Source: Armatimonadota bacterium (GTDB taxonomy: Bacteria; Armatimonadota; Chthonomonadetes; Chthonomonadales; JAMCWF01). From it: a DNA stretch of 49,373 bases. The notes beneath the pieces are model-generated. The model did not search any database and was not told the DNA's origin. It worked only from the letters and a program-made list of their open reading frames with translations. Below are positions 44,696 through 49,373 of the stretch, in pieces (position 1 is the stretch's first letter; each line of letters starts with the position of its first letter). The position numbers and the translations under genes were made by a program. The stretch covers positions 1-49,373 of the forward strand of contig JAMCWF010000014.1 of the NCBI GenBank assembly GCA_023481295.1, read 5' to 3'.

Positions 44696-45592
44696 ATGAG
44701 GAAGCAAGCGCAATTTATCGGTTTGATTTCCATTCTGTTAACCGGATTGATCGTCGGCGCAGCGGGGGCGCAGACCGTTCCCCACAGTGGCCCGCTGGCG
44801 TGGCCGGTTCCCTACTTTGGAACCCATACACTGGGTGACCCACCGATCGTCTACCCACCGCCCAATTCGCAGCCGATGAATCCGCTGAAGTATTGGCGCT
44901 CCCAAATCTTATTCGGTCGCGGCGGATATGGCGGGTCTACCATCATCATTTCACCAGGTTATTACTACCCGGGTGGTTGGCCGTACTCTTACTATGGAAA
45001 TTACGTCACGCCGCCCTACAACCCCTACTATGGAATGGCGGTCGGCAACGGGTACTACGGCTCGCTTCCGCTCGGTTTCGGCGCCGGCGTCTATCAAGCG
45101 CATTCAACCGCACAGTATCGCGTCGTTCAACCCAGCAAACCGAGCGGCGGCATGGTCGTGGCGACGAACGGTCACCCTAAGGAACAGGCGATTTCGAGCT
45201 ACTATCTGGCTACTCCAACCGTCAGCAAAGCAATTAAGGCGGCGATGGCGGATATCGAAAAAGCCTGGCAGACGAACTCCCCAGACCTGCTGGCCAAATA
45301 TGTGGATCCGAGCTCAACCATAGAGGTGAGCGTTGAGGGGTCATCCCCATACAGCTTAGGCGGTGCGAAATATCTCAAGCGAACCGAAACCGCACTTAAG
45401 AGCATGAAGACGCTGGCTTTCAATCTCAACAAAGCGGTGGAGACCAGTAAAGGCCAATGGGTGGTGAGCGGCTTTCACCGTTTTGAGATGCCGGACGGAC
45501 AGTCGGCCGAGCTGGGGATATCTTTTACCCTCCACCAATCGGAGGGTCGTGTCACGATCACGAAGGAGGGAGTAAGCAATACAAGCGGATAG
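44696..45592 (+). CDS. Secreted hypothetical protein: Tyr/Gly/Pro-rich low-complexity region + possible NTF2/SnoaL-like C-terminal domain
   Basis: 298 aa. Signal peptide MRKQAQFIGLISILLTGLIVGAAGAQ. GYYYPGGWPYSYYGNYVTPPYNPYYG. No family recognised. Confidence 0.6.
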   Translation: MRKQAQFIGLISILLTGLIVGAAGAQTVPHSGPLAWPVPYFGTHTLGDPPIVYPPPNSQPMNPLKYWRSQILFGRGGYGGSTIIISPGYYYPGGWPYSYYGNYVTPPYNPYYGMAVGNGYYGSLPLGFGAGVYQAHSTAQYRVVQPSKPSGGMVVATNGHPKEQAISSYYLATPTVSKAIKAAMADIEKAWQTNSPDLLAKYVDPSSTIEVSVEGSSPYSLGGAKYLKRTETALKSMKTLAFNLNKAVETSKGQWVVSGFHRFEMPDGQSAELGISFTLHQSEGRVTITKEGVSNTSG

Positions 45593-45623
45593 TTGAAGAT
45601 GATGAGCACGAAGCGGGCGGAAC

Positions 45624-46796
45624 ATGGATAAAGATAAGGAAGTGAGCGCCGGAAAAGATCAAGCCAACACTCAACTGATTCAATCGCTACAGCGAGCGCT
45701 GGACCAAGAGTTGCGGGCGGTCGTCCTCTACCGGATGCTGGGCGACCGCCAGCCAGATGAAAAGAGGAGGAATCTTTTCTATAGGCTGGCCGATTCGGAG
45801 AAGCATCACGCCGATAAATTCAATGAGAGGATCATAGCGCTGGGCGGCACTCCTTCTCATCGAAACTCAAAGCCAAGATTATTGGACCGCTCCATGACCC
45901 GTATTCTGAGCACTGAGGCGATGCTGCGTCGGATGGAGATGGAGGAGGAGCGCAACATCTCCGATTACAACAACCAATCCGCAATCGCAACCGATGCCGA
46001 ATCGGTGGGGCTATTTCGGCAGTTTGAGGCGGAAGAAAAAACGCACGCGAAGGTTATAAAGGGCCTCTTTTCGCCCAATTCGGCACAGGCCCGCCTGAAC
46101 ACCATGATGAGCCGGGAGAAATGGCACGTCTCAACCGGCTCCTGGATTGGGGACGCCATTTACGGGGTGAACGATGGGCTGGGGGCCGTCTTCGGCATCG
46201 TATCGGGCGTGGCGGGATATACCGGCGGCGGGCATGCGGTCGTGGTGGCGGGCGTTTTTGGGATGCTGGCCTCGGCGCTTTCAATGGGATCCGGTGCTTA
46301 TCTGGCGACGAAATCAGAGCGCGAGGTTTATGAAGCTGAGATCGGCCGGGAGCGGCGGGAGATAGAGGACGATCCCGAGCATGAGCGGGAAGAACTGGAG
46401 CTCATCTATCAACTGAAGGGCTTTTCAGCGGAAGAATCGGCCCGAATGGCTCAAAAAATCTCAGAGCAACCGGATCAATTTTTGCAGACAATGGCGCATG
46501 AGGAGTTGGGGCTGGCTCAAAAAAGCTTCCCCAATCCATTGTTAGCGGCCGGCTCTTCCTCCCTCTCCACCGCAATCGGTGCCATCGTCCCGGTCGCCCC
46601 CTTCTTTTTCACCTTTGGAATGAAGGCCATTATTCTTTCAGCCGTCATCAGCACGATTGCCCATTTTGCGGTGGGAGCTGCTAAAAGTATTGTCACCAAC
46701 CGCTCCTGGTGGGCCAGCGGCACCGAAATGATGCTGGTGGGCTTGTTAGAAGCCGGTATCACCTTCGGGCTGGGAGTTGCCTTCGGTACTCATTAA
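45624..46796 (+). CDS. Erythrin (ferritin-like)-VIT1/CCC1 fusion, MbfA-like iron transporter
   Basis: 390 aa. N-terminal ferritin-like E..H motifs (ADSEKHHADKF, EAEEKTHAKV). C-terminal VIT1 helices (GVNDGLGAVFG...). Confidence 0.75.
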   Translation: MDKDKEVSAGKDQANTQLIQSLQRALDQELRAVVLYRMLGDRQPDEKRRNLFYRLADSEKHHADKFNERIIALGGTPSHRNSKPRLLDRSMTRILSTEAMLRRMEMEEERNISDYNNQSAIATDAESVGLFRQFEAEEKTHAKVIKGLFSPNSAQARLNTMMSREKWHVSTGSWIGDAIYGVNDGLGAVFGIVSGVAGYTGGGHAVVVAGVFGMLASALSMGSGAYLATKSEREVYEAEIGRERREIEDDPEHEREELELIYQLKGFSAEESARMAQKISEQPDQFLQTMAHEELGLAQKSFPNPLLAAGSSSLSTAIGAIVPVAPFFFTFGMKAIILSAVISTIAHFAVGAAKSIVTNRSWWASGTEMMLVGLLEAGITFGLGVAFGTH

Positions 46797-47612
46797 TTAA
46801 TAGTGCAACAGCCGGAGCAAGATGACGGTTGCCGGAGCGGTCAGCAGAAGACTGTCAAACCTGTCCAATATGCCACCGTGGCCGGGAATGAGCTTGCTGA
46901 TATCTTTTAATCCAAGGTTCCGCTTCAACGCCGATTCGAAGAGGTCACCGATCTGCCCCACCACACCGGCGATCAGTCCAATCATAGCGGATAGCCCCCA
47001 ACCCAATCCAATCCACTTTCCCGCAAAGACCCCGAAGATGACGGCGCCGATCAGACCGGCCACGGCGCCCTCAACCGTCTTTTTGGGTGAGAGATGGGTT
47101 GCTAAAGGGTGCGCGCCAAAAGCGCGCCCGAAGAAGTAGGCGAAGGTATCGGTGATCCAGACCGTTGCCGCCACAAAAAGCATGATCCAGGCGCCATTGG
47201 CGGATAGGATATCTACGTTTCGGAGAATCACGAATGCGCTGTAGCATGCGGTATAACCGCCGATCAGCAAACCGGTTCCGATCCGATCGATCATTAGGGA
47301 GCGCGCAGTCAACCGCTTGGCTGATACCGTTTCAAAGATGACGGTAAGCAGGCCGATGGCCGCCAACAGGTTAAAAACGGTGGATGATTGGCAGTTGAGC
47401 GTAGCCAGCAAAACCGCGATCGGGCCCAGCAGCACCAATGGTAGTGATGGCTGAACCGAATACTCTTTCGAGCGCTGGAACGCGATCCAAAGCTCCAGGC
47501 ATGAAATGAGCGATACGATGGCGGCGAACACCCCGAACGGTACCGAACCGGCGAAGTCCAGCGCTAAAAAAACCGCGATCCCAATCAAACCACTGGCAGT
47601 TCGAATCAGCAC
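46797..47612 (-). CDS. cdsA: Phosphatidate cytidylyltransferase
   Basis: 271 aa. Signature SALKRNLGLKDISKLIPGHGGILDRFDS. GTG start overlaps the upstream stop. Confidence 0.9.
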   Translation of the reverse strand: MLIRTASGLIGIAVFLALDFAGSVPFGVFAAIVSLISCLELWIAFQRSKEYSVQPSLPLVLLGPIAVLLATLNCQSSTVFNLLAAIGLLTVIFETVSAKRLTARSLMIDRIGTGLLIGGYTACYSAFVILRNVDILSANGAWIMLFVAATVWITDTFAYFFGRAFGAHPLATHLSPKKTVEGAVAGLIGAVIFGVFAGKWIGLGWGLSAMIGLIAGVVGQIGDLFESALKRNLGLKDISKLIPGHGGILDRFDSLLLTAPATVILLRLLHY

Positions 47613-48469
47613 TCTTTTTGGTTTGCCTTTCGCTCTCGCACATATCGGATGAAGAACGCTCCCAAAATAAACCAGATAACTGAACTGAAAATCACGGTGC
47701 GATAGCCGATATCGGCGCCGAGTTGATTGGTTACCCTCGCGGCGATCTCACCGCCAAGGAAAGGCGCCACAATTTGGGGCAGCGTATCGGAAAAGCCCCA
47801 CACTCCCATATATTTCGCCGGCTCTCTGGTGGGCAGAACGTTACAGACCAGCGCCCAATCCACCGCTGAAAAAGCTCCATAACCGATGCCGAACACTCCG
47901 GCCGTGATGACGGCAACTACCGGCGAACTGGAGAGGGCGAATGCAATCCCCCCGCCCACGCTCAATGCGCACGTGAAATAGATGATTCGCTTTTTACTGA
48001 AGCGGTCTCCGGCCGCTCCGGCTGGGAATACGGCGGCCAATCCGCATAAGTTTACCACCAGACCGATGACGGCCAACTGCTCTCGCGCCATCGCCTCGCC
48101 TTGGTGGTAGGCATAGATCAGAAAGAACTCAAGAAATGGCAGTATGGTATAGAGCCCGCAGTTAATGATAAAACGGGAGACGAGAACCCAGTTGAAATCG
48201 GGATACTCCTTCAGTGGCAGGGAAAAGAAGGCGAGCGGTGAGCGATCGGCAGTTACCGGAGTTTGGGGTGGCTCCTTCACGAGCATTACCGTGATCAACA
48301 TTAACCCATTCAACAGCAGAGCGAAGGTGATCACCATCCAGGTCAAGCCATGCGGTTGGTTCAGCAGCAGCGCTCCGCCCACCATGCCGATTGTGCGCCC
48401 CAGAAGCTGCCACATGCCCATATAACCCGATGCCTTGCCGTGGTGCTCAATCGGTATCAGTTCGGCTTC
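47606..48469 (-). pseudogene. 5'-truncated MFS transporter (TM5/6-TM12 only)
   Basis: The frame stays open for 16 codons above the first Met (EAELIPIEHHGKASGY MGMWQLLG...), a typical MFS loop, then hits TAA at 48470-48472. That is exactly where GC content collapses. About 4 N-terminal helices are missing. Confidence 0.6.
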
Positions 48470-48764
48470 TTATTTTAGGCTTCGCTGAATCTTATTATCG
48501 GCTGGTTTTGGATTTACGTTACTGGAAACAAAAATATTTGACAATATTGATTGAAATATAATAGTATTTCAAACTTCGCCTCGGTAGTCCAATGTTACCA
48601 TATATTGATATGAATTATTGATCATATCCACTTATTGTATCTTACTTTAATGATAAGGGGGCGGATGTAATAAATCATTTTCCTAAAATATTTGATATAA
48701 TTAGCTAAATATTTATCGCTTACTCCGTCAATTTGGCCGGCGTAGATCATTTTAGGCCGATGAT

Positions 48765-48877
48765 ATTAATCCGACGATTAAATACCGTCATGCCGGACTT
48801 GATCCAGCATCTAGAGCCTTCTGCATTCCCTCTTTCGCGGGAATGACAAATTCAAGATAGTTAGTTGCCGGGTTAAT
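48765..48877. mobile_element. MITE family C (113 bp), second copy
   Basis: ATTAATCCGACGATTAAATA ... TAGTTAGTTGCCGGGTTAAT. Collinear with 19431-19543 with scattered substitutions. Confidence 0.8.
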
Positions 48878-49176
48878 AAGGTTAGCGATCCACTATTTTT
48901 TTAATATCTCGGCTTGAATTTTGAGTGAGCTTCCGGCGCTCGCCGAATCGTCTGCCACATTTTAAAATGGTGCTCCAACATAATTCAGCGATTGAGATGA
49001 CTTATACTATTCAATGCGGAGCGCAACCGGTCGATATCACCATCGGAGATGAAATAGAATGTCATCATTACGAGGAAATCAATTGAGTTTATTTGAGCCT
49101 TTTATGACGCTTGGTGCAGTAGTGGGCAAAAACGGGGCTGAATTGAAGGTTTTCTCCTCGGTTCAGGAACAACCCC

Positions 49177-49373
49177 TTGATCGCTAACCCACGCACGCGG
49201 GACTATTTTGCAATCAGCGTTTTCTGGTTTGCAATCTCCTTTTTTTGGGGGGGCGATGCTCTACGTCGTGATCCAAACGCGGGTGCACGATATCACCACC
49301 ATTGAACACCTTCGATCCACTATTCCACCCGCTCCACGACTGCAGAGAGCGGTGGATTCAATCATCGCTCGGA
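49177..49373 (+). pseudogene. MFS-transporter N-terminal fragment interrupted at a T7G7 tract (or an intact gene with a homopolymer sequencing error); runs off the window
   Basis: Possible TTG start at 49177, then IANPRTRDYFAISVFWFAISFFWG. As written, the frame ends at TGA about 16 codons after the tract. Removing one G gives WGAMLYVVIQTRVHDI..., open to the window end. Confidence 0.35.

Noticed and set aside
1-49373. Search by eye for tRNA (T-loop GGTTCGAATCC-type), rRNA, tmRNA tag/3' end, RNase P and SRP cores, reverse transcriptase, integrase, transposase and toxin-antitoxin pairs
   Set aside because: None recognised. Small structured RNAs cannot be excluded without covariance-model scans.

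Overview
49.4-kb bacterial chromosomal window, roughly mid-50s % GC by eye, with TGA, TAA and TAG all used as stops. I count about 36 credible protein genes. I recognised no rRNA, tRNA, CRISPR array, transposase, integrase or reverse transcriptase.

The window has three parts.

(1) Left 5.8 kb, accessory/defence-like. A DUF1156-type Zn-ribbon N6-adenine DNA methyltransferase (10-1803, minus) has anomalous, mosaic codon usage and a suspicious stop at the window edge. It is separated by a tandem MITE array (1910-2413) from a 1099-aa SNF2 helicase fused to a DUF3883 nuclease-like module (2458-5757, minus). This looks like part of a poorly characterised predicted anti-phage module that continues beyond the left edge.

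(2) 6.3-47.6 kb, mostly housekeeping or metabolic genes:
- two Tat-signal Gfo/Idh/MocA oxidoreductases, ApbE, a CE7 esterase, a tricorn-like protease, a GH2 glycosidase
- a ceramidase-like + SCP2 pair, an ABC exporter with an odd N-terminal extension, RluD, DUF5107/TPR
- futalosine-pathway MqnC/MqnE, a tandem YtkA-like Met-rich lipoprotein
- rpmB followed by two coupled NirJ/Ahb-type radical-SAM/SPASM enzymes, a CBS-DUF1385 fusion, ArgS
- a cdaA-cdaR-DUF4129-tatD cluster, ClC channel, MarR, an AP-superfamily phosphodiesterase, an erythrin-VIT1 iron transporter, CdsA

(3) Right end, 47.6-49.4 kb, rearranged. A 5'-truncated MFS gene abuts a sharp AT-rich island and a MITE. A divergently oriented MFS N-terminal fragment is broken at a T7G7 tract.

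At least three MITE families (more than 9 copies) sit in the intergenic regions.

I did not find a clear-cut, self-contained novel system. The best candidates for follow-up are:
- the edge-truncated defence module
- the rpmB-linked radical-SAM pair
- the orphan 0.55-kb intergenic region at 28.6-29.2 kb
- the split MFS locus

All functional calls rest on motif recognition by eye. No searches were run.
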